Shown here: positions 46,229 through 55,697 of the stretch, piece by piece
Position numbering within the stretch: position 1 is the first letter of the stretch
How the letters are laid out: each line of letters opens with the position of its first letter
From: Deferribacterales bacterium
GTDB taxonomy: Bacteria > Chrysiogenota > Deferribacteres > Deferribacterales > Geovibrionaceae
DNA: 64,000 nucleotides
Direction: 5' to 3'
Assembly: GCA_050251875.1 (NCBI GenBank)
Contig: JBFWMA010000006.1
Location: 64,001-128,000, forward strand
The notes under the pieces: model-generated
Told to the model about the DNA's origin: nothing
Databases searched by the model: none
The model's input: the letters and a program-made list of their open reading frames with translations, nothing else
Made by a program: the position numbers and the translations under genes

Positions 46229-48122
46229 TTTTCCCCTCCGGATCAGCCTTTTCTATCATCGATACAAAAACGTCTTCCATAGACGGCATAACCTTTCTCA
46301 CTTCCGCTGAAATCCTTCTGTCCCTGAAAAATTCCGCTATGCCCTCTTGCGCCGAAATGCCTCCTGTGCGCAGGTGCAGTCCGGCCCCGAACAGAGACAC
46401 GTCCACCACGCCTTTCACCGCGGTGAGCCCGTCTATGTAGTCCTGAGGACGGTTCACTTTCACCTCTATGATGTTGTCGCTCATCATTTCCGATTTCAGG
46501 GTTTCGGGTCTGCCCATGGCTATCATCTCGCCTCTGAATATCAGCGCCAGTCTGTCGCAGTATTCCGCCTCTTCCATATAGTGAGTGCTGACGAATACGG
46601 TAACTCCGTGAAGCGCCAGCTCGTTTATAATAGCCCAGAAGAGCCGTCTGCTCGCCGGGTCTGCCCCGCTGGTGGGTTCATCCAGAAAAACGATGGACGG
46701 CTTATGCAGGATGGAACATGCCAGAGCCAGCCTCTGACGCCACCCGCCCACCAGAACGGATGTCATCTCGTTCTTTCTGTCTCTCAGCCCCGAAAGCTCC
46801 AGAGCCCAGTCACGGCGTTTTTCCAGTTCGGCGTTCTTCAGCCCGTATATCCCGCCATAGAAATCTATATTTTCATAAACCTTAAGATCTTCGTACAATG
46901 AGAATTTCTGGCTCATATACCCTATGGACGCCTTGATCTTCTCAGCGTCTTTCATCACATCCATCCCGCCCACTCTGCCGGAGCCGGATGTGGGCGGCAG
47001 AAGCCCGCACAGCATCTTTATGGTGGTGCTCTTTCCTGCGCCGTTGGGTCCCAGAAAGCCGAATATCTCGCCGTAAGGCACTGTGAGATTTATCGAGTTA
47101 ACAGCGGTGAAGTCGCCGAATTTCTTTGTGAGATCAGTCACCTTCAGAGATTCGCCAGATCTTTTGGCTATGTCGTCCGTCACCATGGACAATATCCTGT
47201 CGTCCGCTGACGATCCCTTCTGCATGCTCATAAAGATGTCTTCGAGAACAGGCAGATCGTCCTCCACTATGAAGTCGGGCGATATTTCAGCCAGTTTTTT
47301 TCTGTCCGTCTCTTTGTCTGTGCTGAATATGCGGAATTTGTCGCCGAAAGAGTGTACTCTGTCCGCTCCGAAGGCTTTTTTCAGCTCGCCCGATGCCTTG
47401 CGGCAGTTGCCGCATCTGACGGACAGCATATTCAGCCCGCTGTTCATCACCACATCATTCGGCGTGCCCTCGGCTATCACTTTTCCGCCGTTCATGAGCC
47501 CGATGCGGGAGCATCGCTCCGCCTCGTCCAGATAAGCGGTGCTCATGACTATAGTCATGCCGTCCGCCACCAGTTTATAGAGAATTTTCCAGAAATCCCG
47601 TCTGCTGACAGGGTCAACGCCGTTGGTGGGCTCGTCCAGCAGAAGCACCTTCGGTTTATGCACCAGAGCGCACACCAGCTGGAGTTTCTGTTTCATGCCT
47701 CCGGAGAGTCTGCCCGCCTGACGTTTTTTGAACGGACGCATATAGCTGAAATCCAGCAGATCTTCGATATGCTCCTTCAGCCCGTGCTTCTCCACCCCGT
47801 ACAGATCGGCATAGAATTTTATATTTTCCCACACGGTCAGATCGGGATAGAGCCCGAATTTCTGGCTCATATAGGCGATGGAATCCTTCACGGCGTCATG
47901 TTCCGTGTCGCATGAATGTCCGCAGACATACACGCTCCCGCTGTCCGGTTTCAGAATCCCCGCTATGATGCGGAGCATGGTGGTTTTGCCCGCTCCGTCC
48001 GGACCTATCAGCCCGTATATCTCGCCCTCGTTCACGCCGAGGGATATATTGTCGGCGGCTGTTACGTCCTTATATTTTTTTGTTATAGACTCCGCATATA
48101 CGGCGAAGCTGGTTTTATTCAT
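46221..48122 (-). CDS. Dual-domain ABC ATPase (YbhF-like)
   Basis: Two NBDs (GPDGAGKT, GPNGAGKS) with YMSQKF.LY.DL, DEPT and TH/AY..EAE motifs. Confidence 0.92.
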   Translation of the reverse strand: MNKTSFAVYAESITKKYKDVTAADNISLGVNEGEIYGLIGPDGAGKTTMLRIIAGILKPDSGSVYVCGHSCDTEHDAVKDSIAYMSQKFGLYPDLTVWENIKFYADLYGVEKHGLKEHIEDLLDFSYMRPFKKRQAGRLSGGMKQKLQLVCALVHKPKVLLLDEPTNGVDPVSRRDFWKILYKLVADGMTIVMSTAYLDEAERCSRIGLMNGGKVIAEGTPNDVVMNSGLNMLSVRCGNCRKASGELKKAFGADRVHSFGDKFRIFSTDKETDRKKLAEISPDFIVEDDLPVLEDIFMSMQKGSSADDRILSMVTDDIAKRSGESLKVTDLTKKFGDFTAVNSINLTVPYGEIFGFLGPNGAGKSTTIKMLCGLLPPTSGSGRVGGMDVMKDAEKIKASIGYMSQKFSLYEDLKVYENIDFYGGIYGLKNAELEKRRDWALELSGLRDRKNEMTSVLVGGWRQRLALACSILHKPSIVFLDEPTSGADPASRRLFWAIINELALHGVTVFVSTHYMEEAEYCDRLALIFRGEMIAMGRPETLKSEMMSDNIIEVKVNRPQDYIDGLTAVKGVVDVSLFGAGLHLRTGGISAQEGIAEFFRDRRISAEVRKVMPSMEDVFVSMIEKADPEGKNV

Positions 48123-48124
48123 AT

Positions 48125-49147
48125 CTATTTGCTCAGGATGATGTTTCCGTCAACCGGCATGCCGTATTTCAGCTCCATGTCATGGTTGTCTATGGCTACT
48201 TTTATCCTGTACATGAAGTTGACCCTTTCGTCCTGTGTCTGCACCGCTTTCGGGGTGAACTCCGCCTCGTCAGCGATATATGATATTCTGCCTTTATACA
48301 CTTTGTCCGGATAGGTGTCGGTGGTTATATCCACTATATCCCCCAGCTTTATCCTGCCCAGAGACGTTTCGTTCACATATCCCCTGACCCATGCGTCTTT
48401 GAGATCTGCCACAGTCAGAATCACGCTTCCGGTCTGAACATATTCCCCCGGCTCCACAGGGCGGGTCAGCACACGTCCGCTGACGGGGCTTTTCAGCACT
48501 GTGTATGTCAGGTTCTGTCTGGCGGTGTTCAGGGCGCTGAGCGCTACTTCCAGAGAGGCGTGCGCTTTCTTTATGGTTTCGCTTCTGGTGCCTTCCACTG
48601 TCATGCTCATGGTCTGGCGGGCGGATGTGAGAGACGCTTCCGCCTCTTTCACTCCGTTCACCGCTTTTTTATAAGCTGTGTCGTATTTTTCAAAGTCCTG
48701 ACGGCTGACGCCCTTGCTCTTATACAGCTCGGCGTATCTCTCTCTGTCGGTCTTAGCCTGAGCCAGCTCGGTGTTTGCTATATCAAGAGCCGCCTGAGCC
48801 TTTTCCACGGATGCCTCGGCGTTTTTTATCTCCTGTTTTCTGCTGCCTGCCAGCAGTTCGTCCAGCGATGCCCTGCTGAGAGAAGCGTTCGCCTCCGCTG
48901 TCTTTACAGCCAGTTTGTGGTCTGCGTCATCCAGCATTGCGACATCTTCACCCTGCTTAACAGTATCTCCTTCGGCAAAAAGCACTTCGGTCACTCTTCC
49001 GGATGTTTTGAACGACAGGGCGACATCTGTCACCTCCACAGTACCTGAGAATGTCACAGCGTCCGTATTGCCGCCGCCTCCGGTACGGAGAAAGAAGATC
49101 ACGGCAACCGCCGCTATTATAATTACAGGAATGATTATCTTTTTCAT
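48125..49147 (-). CDS. HlyD-family periplasmic adaptor (YbhG-like)
   Basis: SGTVE, lipoyl half-motifs, a coiled coil, AEFTPK.VQT..ER and LK.GMP. Confidence 0.92.
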   Translation of the reverse strand: MKKIIIPVIIIAAVAVIFFLRTGGGGNTDAVTFSGTVEVTDVALSFKTSGRVTEVLFAEGDTVKQGEDVAMLDDADHKLAVKTAEANASLSRASLDELLAGSRKQEIKNAEASVEKAQAALDIANTELAQAKTDRERYAELYKSKGVSRQDFEKYDTAYKKAVNGVKEAEASLTSARQTMSMTVEGTRSETIKKAHASLEVALSALNTARQNLTYTVLKSPVSGRVLTRPVEPGEYVQTGSVILTVADLKDAWVRGYVNETSLGRIKLGDIVDITTDTYPDKVYKGRISYIADEAEFTPKAVQTQDERVNFMYRIKVAIDNHDMELKYGMPVDGNIILSK

Positions 49148-49770
49148 TTAACAGCTCCGTTCAGCGCATTCAGGCTGAAACTGTATATATGCTCAACCAT
49201 GATATCCATATTCTCTTTTGTCGGTTCTTTCATCAGGTCGGTTTTCATCAGCACCTTATTCACAAACATAGGAAACATGCACTGCCCCACTATGCTCAGC
49301 ACATGTCTGAACTTATTCTCATCGCTCATTTTATCCCCGACAAACTCAGTGACGATGGCGAATCCCACTGTCCTGATTTCTGATATTCTGGTAACCAGAT
49401 ACATGTCCATGGCGTCTGTGGGCTCTATCATCTCACGGCTGAGGATGTTCAGCCTCGCCTTTGACCCGCCTATGCCGTGGAGACCGAAGGCTCTGTTCAT
49501 CATGGTTATCACCAGTCCCTTCAGCTTCTCCTCCTTTGTCATTTCAGGACGCACAAAATCGCTCAGCGGATAGCTCCCCGCCACAGATTCCACTATGGAT
49601 GAGAAAATCTCATTATAAAGCTGCTGTTTGGAGTTAAAATAATAATTGATCAGAGCCTGATTGACTCCGGCTTTCTTGCAGATATCCCTCACCGTGGCGG
49701 CACGATATCCCTTGTCTCCGAAAACCTCTGATGCCGCTTCCAGAATCTTTACTCTTGTTGTCTTTTTCAA
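49144..49770 (-). CDS. TetR-family regulator (CecR/YbiH-like)
   Basis: ILEAA.EVF..KGY.AATVRDIC..AGVN.A.INYYF.SK..LY HTH; start is TTG 49770 (after GAGGG) or ATG 49785. Confidence 0.88.
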   Translation of the reverse strand: MKKTTRVKILEAASEVFGDKGYRAATVRDICKKAGVNQALINYYFNSKQQLYNEIFSSIVESVAGSYPLSDFVRPEMTKEEKLKGLVITMMNRAFGLHGIGGSKARLNILSREMIEPTDAMDMYLVTRISEIRTVGFAIVTEFVGDKMSDENKFRHVLSIVGQCMFPMFVNKVLMKTDLMKEPTKENMDIMVEHIYSFSLNALNGAVK

Positions 49771-49907
49771 AATCAACCCTCGCATTGTTTCTATTAAACA
49801 AATGTATAACTTTTTATAAGACTTTTCTACTGTTTTTATTCTGTTGAAAATGATTTTTTTGTATGTTAGGTTATTTAACTTTTCAAAAAAATTATGAGTG
49901 ATGCAAT

Positions 49908-51149
49908 ATGTCAGTAAAAACAGTACCATTTACAAAAGATCAGATCGAAAAGATCATCGAAAAATATCCCACACCTTTTCATATCTATGACGAGAAAGCG
50001 ATTCTGGAAAACGCCAGAAGACTGAAGAAAGCCTTCTCTTGGGCTCCCGCTTTCAAGGAATATTTCGCTGTGAAGGCTCTGCCCAACCCCTCTATCATGA
50101 AAGTGCTGATGAAAGAAGGATTCGGGGCGGATTGCAGCTCCATGGCGGAGCTGATGCTCTGCGACATGGTGGGGATCACAGGCGAGGACATCATGTTCAC
50201 ATCGAACGAAACCCCCGCTGTGGAATATCAGAAGGCTATGGCACAGAACGCCATAATCAATCTGGACGACTACTCACACATCAGCTTTCTGGAAGAGGCA
50301 TGCGGAAAACTCCCCGAGCTCATCTGCTTCCGCTATAACCCCGGTCCTCTGAAAGGCGGAAACGAAATCATCGGCGCTCCTCAGGAGGCTAAATACGGTC
50401 TGACCCGTGAGCAGATGTTCGATGCTTATAAAGTGATGAAAGAAAAAGGCGTAAAACGCTTCGGCATGCACACCATGGTGGCATCCAACGAGCTGAACGT
50501 TGACTACTTCGTGGAGACTGCGGTCATCCTCTTTGAGATGGCGGCGGAGATAGCTGAGAAGGTCGGCATCGATCTTGAGTTCATCAACCTCGGCGGCGGT
50601 ATAGGCATCCCCTACAAACCCGAGCAGAACGAAGTGAATCTGGAAGAGCTGGGAACAAAGGTGAAAGCTCAGTACGATAAAATCCTCGGATCAAAAGGTC
50701 TGAAACCCAATATAATGCTGGAATGCGGACGTGTAATCACCGGCCCTTACGGATATCTGGTGACCCGTGCCATCCACGAAAAACACATCTATAAGGAATA
50801 CATCGCCGTTGACGCCTGTATGGCTAACCTGATGCGCCCCGGCATGTACGGCGCTTATCACCATGTAACCGTCATGGGCAAAGAGAAAGCGCCCGCTGAC
50901 TGCCTTTATGACGTGGTGGGCTCACTTTGCGAGAACTGCGACAAGTTCGCAGTGGACAGAAAACTGCCTAAAATAGAGAAAGGTGACGTTGTTGTCATCC
51001 ACGACACAGGAGCACACGGACACGCTATGGGATTCAACTACAACGGAAAACTTCGCTCCGCCGAAGTTCTTCTGAAAGAGGACGGCACAACAGAGCTGAT
51101 CCGCAGAGCGGAAACCTATGACGATCTGTTCGCCACACTGAAGTTCTAA
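49908..51149 (+). CDS. lysA: Diaminopimelate decarboxylase
   Basis: TPFHIYDE, PLP lysine in FAVKA.PN, NLGGG.G, ECGR, RP.MYGAYH, GSLCENCD and HAMGFNYN motifs. Confidence 0.93.
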   Translation: MSVKTVPFTKDQIEKIIEKYPTPFHIYDEKAILENARRLKKAFSWAPAFKEYFAVKALPNPSIMKVLMKEGFGADCSSMAELMLCDMVGITGEDIMFTSNETPAVEYQKAMAQNAIINLDDYSHISFLEEACGKLPELICFRYNPGPLKGGNEIIGAPQEAKYGLTREQMFDAYKVMKEKGVKRFGMHTMVASNELNVDYFVETAVILFEMAAEIAEKVGIDLEFINLGGGIGIPYKPEQNEVNLEELGTKVKAQYDKILGSKGLKPNIMLECGRVITGPYGYLVTRAIHEKHIYKEYIAVDACMANLMRPGMYGAYHHVTVMGKEKAPADCLYDVVGSLCENCDKFAVDRKLPKIEKGDVVVIHDTGAHGHAMGFNYNGKLRSAEVLLKEDGTTELIRRAETYDDLFATLKF

Positions 51150-51160
51150 AAGTTTTTTAA

Positions 51161-51411
51161 GTCATAGCGAGGAGTGTAACGACGTCGCTATCTCGTTTCC
51201 TACATACAGAGATTGCCACGCCTGCAAGCAGGCTCGCAATGACGGTATAAAATAGCAAAGCCCCGCAAAAGCGGGGCTTTTTTATATGTAATGGCGGAGA
51301 AAAAAAGTCCGCCCTACGGGATGAAGTCAGGTATAAGATTGCTTCGCTAGTGCTCGCAATGACAACTCTTTTGGGTCATTGCGAACCTGCTTTAGCAGGT
51401 GTGGCAATCTC
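51161..51411. repeat. REP-rich intergenic region: four GTCATTGCGAG-family palindromes plus one GTAG-type REP
   Basis: Copies at 51161-51194 (+), 51209-51243 (-), 51336-51363 (-) and 51375-51411 (+); GTAGGGCGGAC..TCCGCC at 51293-51317 (-). Confidence 0.85.
51257..51283 (+). terminator. Rho-independent terminator downstream of lysA (possibly bidirectional)
   Basis: AAAGCCCCGC-AAAA-GCGGGGCTTTTTT. Confidence 0.85.
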
Positions 51412-51425
51412 ATTACTCCTTATAC

Positions 51426-52028
51426 TTACTTCACGAAAGCCTTGATGATCTTCTGGTCGTCCACAGGTTTGTCGCCGTATCCTGTGCGGACGTTTTCCAG
51501 CTTCTCTACGTTTTCATATCCTTCTGCCACTTCGCCGAATATGGTGTGGCGGAAGTCAAGCCAGGGAGTGGGAACAGTGGTGATGAAAAACTGGCTTCCG
51601 TTTGTGTTGGGTCCGGCGTTAGCCATAGCCAGTATGCCGGGTTTATCAAACTTCAGCTTAGGTGTAAACTCATCTTCAAATTTGGGTCCCCAGATGGATT
51701 CGCCGCCGCGTCCTGTACCGGTGGGGTCACCGCCCTGAATCATGAAGTCTTTGATAATACGGTGGAATATTACACCGTCATAGTAACCTTTATTTACAAG
51801 TCCGATAAAGTTTTCGACTGTTTTGGGAGCAAGTTTCGGATACAGTTTTAAAACTATTGTACCCTTTGTGGTTTCAAAGACTACCATCGGATCTTTTACC
51901 GCTTTTGCCTTTGTCTCTTTTTTTACTTTCGGTTCTGCCGCTTTGTCTGTTTTGGCTGTGTCAGCCTTTGCTTTACCTGCCATGATCAAAATCACTCCTA
52001 AAAATAGAATAACAAATAACTTTTTCAT
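51426..52028 (-). CDS. Exported cyclophilin-type peptidyl-prolyl isomerase
   Basis: Signal peptide; [22 protein letters not shown] and [17 protein letters not shown] motifs. Confidence 0.95.
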   Translation of the reverse strand: MKKLFVILFLGVILIMAGKAKADTAKTDKAAEPKVKKETKAKAVKDPMVVFETTKGTIVLKLYPKLAPKTVENFIGLVNKGYYDGVIFHRIIKDFMIQGGDPTGTGRGGESIWGPKFEDEFTPKLKFDKPGILAMANAGPNTNGSQFFITTVPTPWLDFRHTIFGEVAEGYENVEKLENVRTGYGDKPVDDQKIIKAFVK

Positions 52029-52736
52029 TTATATACCCAGATATGCTTTCTTAACTTCTTCGTTAACAAGCAGTTTTTTTGCGTCATCTTCCAGAGTTAT
52101 GCGTCCGTTCTCCATAACATATCCTCTGTGGGCGACTTTCAGCGCGAGGTTGGCGTTCTGTTCCACCAGAAATATGGTGGTGCCGTCCTCTTCGTTGATC
52201 CGCTTTATGATATCGAAAATCTGTTTAACGATAAGAGGGGCGAGACCCAGAGAAGGTTCATCCAGAAGGAGCATTTTGGGGCGTGCCATCAGGGCTCTGG
52301 ATATAGCCAGCATCTGCTGTTCGCCGCCGGAGAGTGTTCCTCCCGCCTGATGCATACGCTCTTTCAGTCTGGGAAACAGTGTGAAGACGTGTTCCAGATC
52401 TTTCTTCACGTTATCCTTGTCCTTGCGCAGATAAGCGCCGAGGTCGAGGTTCTCCATAACGGTGAGATAAGGAAAGATGTGTCTGCCCTCCGGAACGTGG
52501 GCGAGCCCGCTGCGGACTATTTTGTCCGGTTTCATCCCGCTGATTGTCTCCCCGTTGAACAGAATCTGTCCTGTTCTGGGTGTCACTATCCCGCTGATGG
52601 ACATGAGCGTTGTGGTTTTTCCGGCTCCGTTGGCTCCTATCAGCGTGATGATCTCACCTTCGTTGATAGTGATGCTCACATCGTGCAGAGCCTGTATATT
52701 GCCGTAAAAGGCGTTGATATTCTTAATTTCAAGCAT
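52029..52736 (-). CDS. livF: Branched-chain amino acid ABC ATPase
   Basis: GANGAGKTT, VPEGR, LSGGEQQML, DEPSLGLAP and VEQNA motifs. Confidence 0.93.
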   Translation of the reverse strand: MLEIKNINAFYGNIQALHDVSITINEGEIITLIGANGAGKTTTLMSISGIVTPRTGQILFNGETISGMKPDKIVRSGLAHVPEGRHIFPYLTVMENLDLGAYLRKDKDNVKKDLEHVFTLFPRLKERMHQAGGTLSGGEQQMLAISRALMARPKMLLLDEPSLGLAPLIVKQIFDIIKRINEEDGTTIFLVEQNANLALKVAHRGYVMENGRITLEDDAKKLLVNEEVKKAYLGI

Positions 52737-53517
52737 CGATTTCCTCCCCCAGATAAGCCTTGATAACCTCAGGATTGTTTCTGATATCCATAGGTGTTCC
52801 GTCAGCTATCTTCTGCCCGTGATCCATAACATAGATGCGCTCGGACAGGTTCATGACGAGTTTCATGTCATGTTCTATAAGAAGGATGGCGATGTTCTCT
52901 TCGTCTCTGATCTTTCTGATGAGATGCGTCAGCTCCTCTGTCTCGTGGGGGTTCATCCCCGCCGCAGGTTCGTCCAGCAGAAGCAGTCTGGGCTCTGTCG
53001 CCAGCGCTCTGGCGATCTCCAGCTTTCTCTGGTCGCCGTAAGGCAGGTTGCAAGCCAGCTCATCGCACTGGTTTTCCAGACCCATTTTTTTCAGAATCTC
53101 CCAGCATTCCTGAGCTGCTTTCAGCTCTTCCGCCTTGGTTTTCTTGTCACGGAAAAGAGCGCCCAGAATCTTTGCGTTCAGACGGCAGTGTTTTCCGATC
53201 ATGGCGTTTTCCAGAACAGTCATGTTCTGAAAGAGCCTGATGTTCTGAAAAGTTCTGGCGAGCCCTCTCTCTGTGACACGGTTGGGCTTGAAGCCGTTGA
53301 TGCGCACAGGCTGGCTCTTTGTGGAGCGGACGAGTATATCTCCCTTAGTAGGGGTATAGATTCCTGTTATACAGTTAAAAAATGTGGTCTTTCCGGCGCC
53401 GTTTGGTCCTATGAGCGCCACTATCTCTTTATCTTTCACATACAGATCGACAGAGTCCACGGCACGCAGACCGCCGAAATCCATAGTGAGTCCGTTTACC
53501 TGAATTACGTTTTCCAT
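52729..53517 (-). CDS. livG: Branched-chain amino acid ABC ATPase
   Basis: FGGLRAV, RTFQNIRLF, LPYGDQRKLEIARAL, DEPAAG and IEHDM motifs. Confidence 0.93.
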   Translation of the reverse strand: MENVIQVNGLTMDFGGLRAVDSVDLYVKDKEIVALIGPNGAGKTTFFNCITGIYTPTKGDILVRSTKSQPVRINGFKPNRVTERGLARTFQNIRLFQNMTVLENAMIGKHCRLNAKILGALFRDKKTKAEELKAAQECWEILKKMGLENQCDELACNLPYGDQRKLEIARALATEPRLLLLDEPAAGMNPHETEELTHLIRKIRDEENIAILLIEHDMKLVMNLSERIYVMDHGQKIADGTPMDIRNNPEVIKAYLGEEIDA

Positions 53518-53518
53518 A

Positions 53519-54727
53519 TCAGCCCCCCAGCCTTTCGTCCATGCCGTGGAACGAATATTTTCGCCGGAAGTTGCTCACAAGCCCCTGCGGACGGAAAACC
53601 ATCATAACAACCATAGCGCCGCCGAATATCAGCATGCGGTACTGAGAAAAGGCTCTCATATACTCGGGCAGCAGAATCATGATGAGCGCCCCCAGAATTA
53701 CGCCGGGGATAGAGCCCATTCCGCCCAGAACCACTATGGAAAGGATGATCGCTGACTCGAGGAAGGTGAATGACGCGGGGTTGATGAAAGATGTCTTGGC
53801 GGCGAAAACCACGCCCATGAGCCCCGCCCATGTGGCGCCGAGGGCGAAAGCCATCAGCTTGGTTCTTGTCCTGCCCACACCCATAGCCTGACAGGCTATG
53901 TCATCCTCACGAAGAGCAAGCCACGCCCTGCCTATCCTGGAGTTCTGTAATCTGGCAACGAAAAATATGGTGACTATGGTAAAAGCTATCATCATGTAAT
54001 AGATAGCTCCGTTCATCTGATTAAGCGTAAGGTCGAGACCGAAAAAGTTCGGTCTGTCTATTCCGGCTATACCGCTGGGACCGTGTGAAAACTCGCTCCA
54101 GTTCTCCAGCACCAGACGGATGATCTCTCCGAAACCGAGGGTAACGATGGCGAGATAGTCGCCTCGGAGCCTCAGCACGGGGAAACCGAGCAGGATGCCG
54201 AATATACAGGCAAAAAATCCGCCCAGAGGCAGAACAATCCAGAAGGAGAGCCCGAAGCTGTGGTTAAGAAGAGCGTATGTATAGGCACCCACAGCGTAAA
54301 AAGCCACATATCCGAGATCCAGCAGTCCGGCGAGCCCGACAACTATGTTAAGTCCGAGACCAAGAACCACATACATCAGAGCCACTGTCAGGATGTTCAC
54401 CTGATAAGCGTCAGCGAATGAGGGAATCACGGTCAGAGCCGCCAGAACAGCCAGCCCCAGCCCCTTCTTAACAAGAGGTCTGGACTGAACATATGCCTGC
54501 GCTCTGGCAGACAGCGTAACTCCGTCTGAGGGTTTCTTTTTATCTTTTCTCTCCAGCAGATAACGCCAGAGCAGAGATATCAGAAATGTTCCGATGCCGA
54601 TCATAGCCATGTTCATCCAGCGCCATTCGATGATGTGGTAAACAGTGTTTACCTTTATCACCATGATGGGGAATGTAAGAAACATGAACCATACGGCTAC
54701 TTTCAGCGATTTGATAATTTCGTTCAT
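53519..54727 (-). CDS. livM: Branched-chain amino acid ABC permease
   Basis: GLNIVVGLAGLLDLGY, LRLRGDYLAIVTLGFGEI and VVLGGMGS motifs. Confidence 0.93.
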   Translation of the reverse strand: MNEIIKSLKVAVWFMFLTFPIMVIKVNTVYHIIEWRWMNMAMIGIGTFLISLLWRYLLERKDKKKPSDGVTLSARAQAYVQSRPLVKKGLGLAVLAALTVIPSFADAYQVNILTVALMYVVLGLGLNIVVGLAGLLDLGYVAFYAVGAYTYALLNHSFGLSFWIVLPLGGFFACIFGILLGFPVLRLRGDYLAIVTLGFGEIIRLVLENWSEFSHGPSGIAGIDRPNFFGLDLTLNQMNGAIYYMMIAFTIVTIFFVARLQNSRIGRAWLALREDDIACQAMGVGRTRTKLMAFALGATWAGLMGVVFAAKTSFINPASFTFLESAIILSIVVLGGMGSIPGVILGALIMILLPEYMRAFSQYRMLIFGGAMVVMMVFRPQGLVSNFRRKYSFHGMDERLGG

Positions 54728-54729
54728 GC

Positions 54730-55632
54730 TTACACCTTTTTGGTCTCCGCCTTGCCCAGAAGCCCGGCGGGACGGAATATCAGAATAAGCACGAGAAGAG
54801 CGAAAGCGAAAACGTCTTCATAGTCGCTGGATACATACCCGGTGGCAAAGCTCTCCGTCCATCCGAGGATGAGCGCCCCCAGCACAGCACCCGGGATGCT
54901 CCCGATGCCGCCCAGAACCGCCGCGGTGAACGCCTTGATGCCGGCGATGAATCCTATATAGAAGTTGATCTGCCCTATGTGGCTGGCGATAAGAACGCCG
55001 CCAAGAGCAGCCAGAGATGAACCGATTATGAATGTGGCGGAGATTACCCTGTCCACGTCTATACCTATCAGAAGAGCCATTGTCTTATCCTGAGCGGTGG
55101 CTCTCATGGCCTTTCCGAGGTTGGTGAACTTGATAAAGAGCGTCAGAAGCACCATCGCCACCATAGTGGTGACAACGATAACAAGCTCAGCCGAGCTGAA
55201 AATATGTGAAACCGGCTCCATAAAATGGAACTGGGGGATAAGCCTGGGAAAAGGGAGAAAGTCTGATGTCTGAGCAAGCAGTACATAGTTCTGTAAAAAG
55301 ATTGACATGCCGATGGCGCTGATGAGGGGAGACAGTCTGGGTGCGTTGCGCAGAGGCTTGTATGCTATCTTTTCAACGGTAAAACCGTAAGCGGATGAAT
55401 AAATTACCGCTACTATAGATGCGAGAATGAGAATGGCGACCGTGTTGACACCGTAAAATGTAAGAACACTCGCCACGATGAGAGCTGTGAAGGCGCCTAT
55501 CATATATATCTCGCCGTGGGCGAAGTTAATAAGCTGTACAATGCCGTATACCATCGTGTATCCCAACGCTATAAGGGCATATATACTGCCCCGGGTGAGC
55601 CCCCCGAAGAACAGTTCAAGGAAATAATCCAT
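54730..55632 (-). CDS. livH: Branched-chain amino acid ABC permease
   Basis: YALIALGYTMVYG, INFAHG and KAFTAAVLGGIG motifs. Confidence 0.93.
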   Translation of the reverse strand: MDYFLELFFGGLTRGSIYALIALGYTMVYGIVQLINFAHGEIYMIGAFTALIVASVLTFYGVNTVAILILASIVAVIYSSAYGFTVEKIAYKPLRNAPRLSPLISAIGMSIFLQNYVLLAQTSDFLPFPRLIPQFHFMEPVSHIFSSAELVIVVTTMVAMVLLTLFIKFTNLGKAMRATAQDKTMALLIGIDVDRVISATFIIGSSLAALGGVLIASHIGQINFYIGFIAGIKAFTAAVLGGIGSIPGAVLGALILGWTESFATGYVSSDYEDVFAFALLVLILIFRPAGLLGKAETKKV

Positions 55633-55656
55633 GCCGACCTCTAAATTGAATTAATG

Positions 55657-55685
55657 AAATAAGGGAGCCCGAAAACAGGCTCCCT
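55657..55685 (-). terminator. Stem-loop after the binding-protein gene (attenuator or mRNA stabiliser)
   Basis: Minus strand AGGGAGCC-TGTTTTCG-GGCTCCCT-TATTT. Confidence 0.55.
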
Positions 55686-55697
55686 GTATATCGAAAA

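Noticed and set aside
49786..49929. Long N-terminal extension of the TetR ORF overlapping lysA
   Set aside because: AT-rich divergent promoter region; the HTH begins just after 49770.
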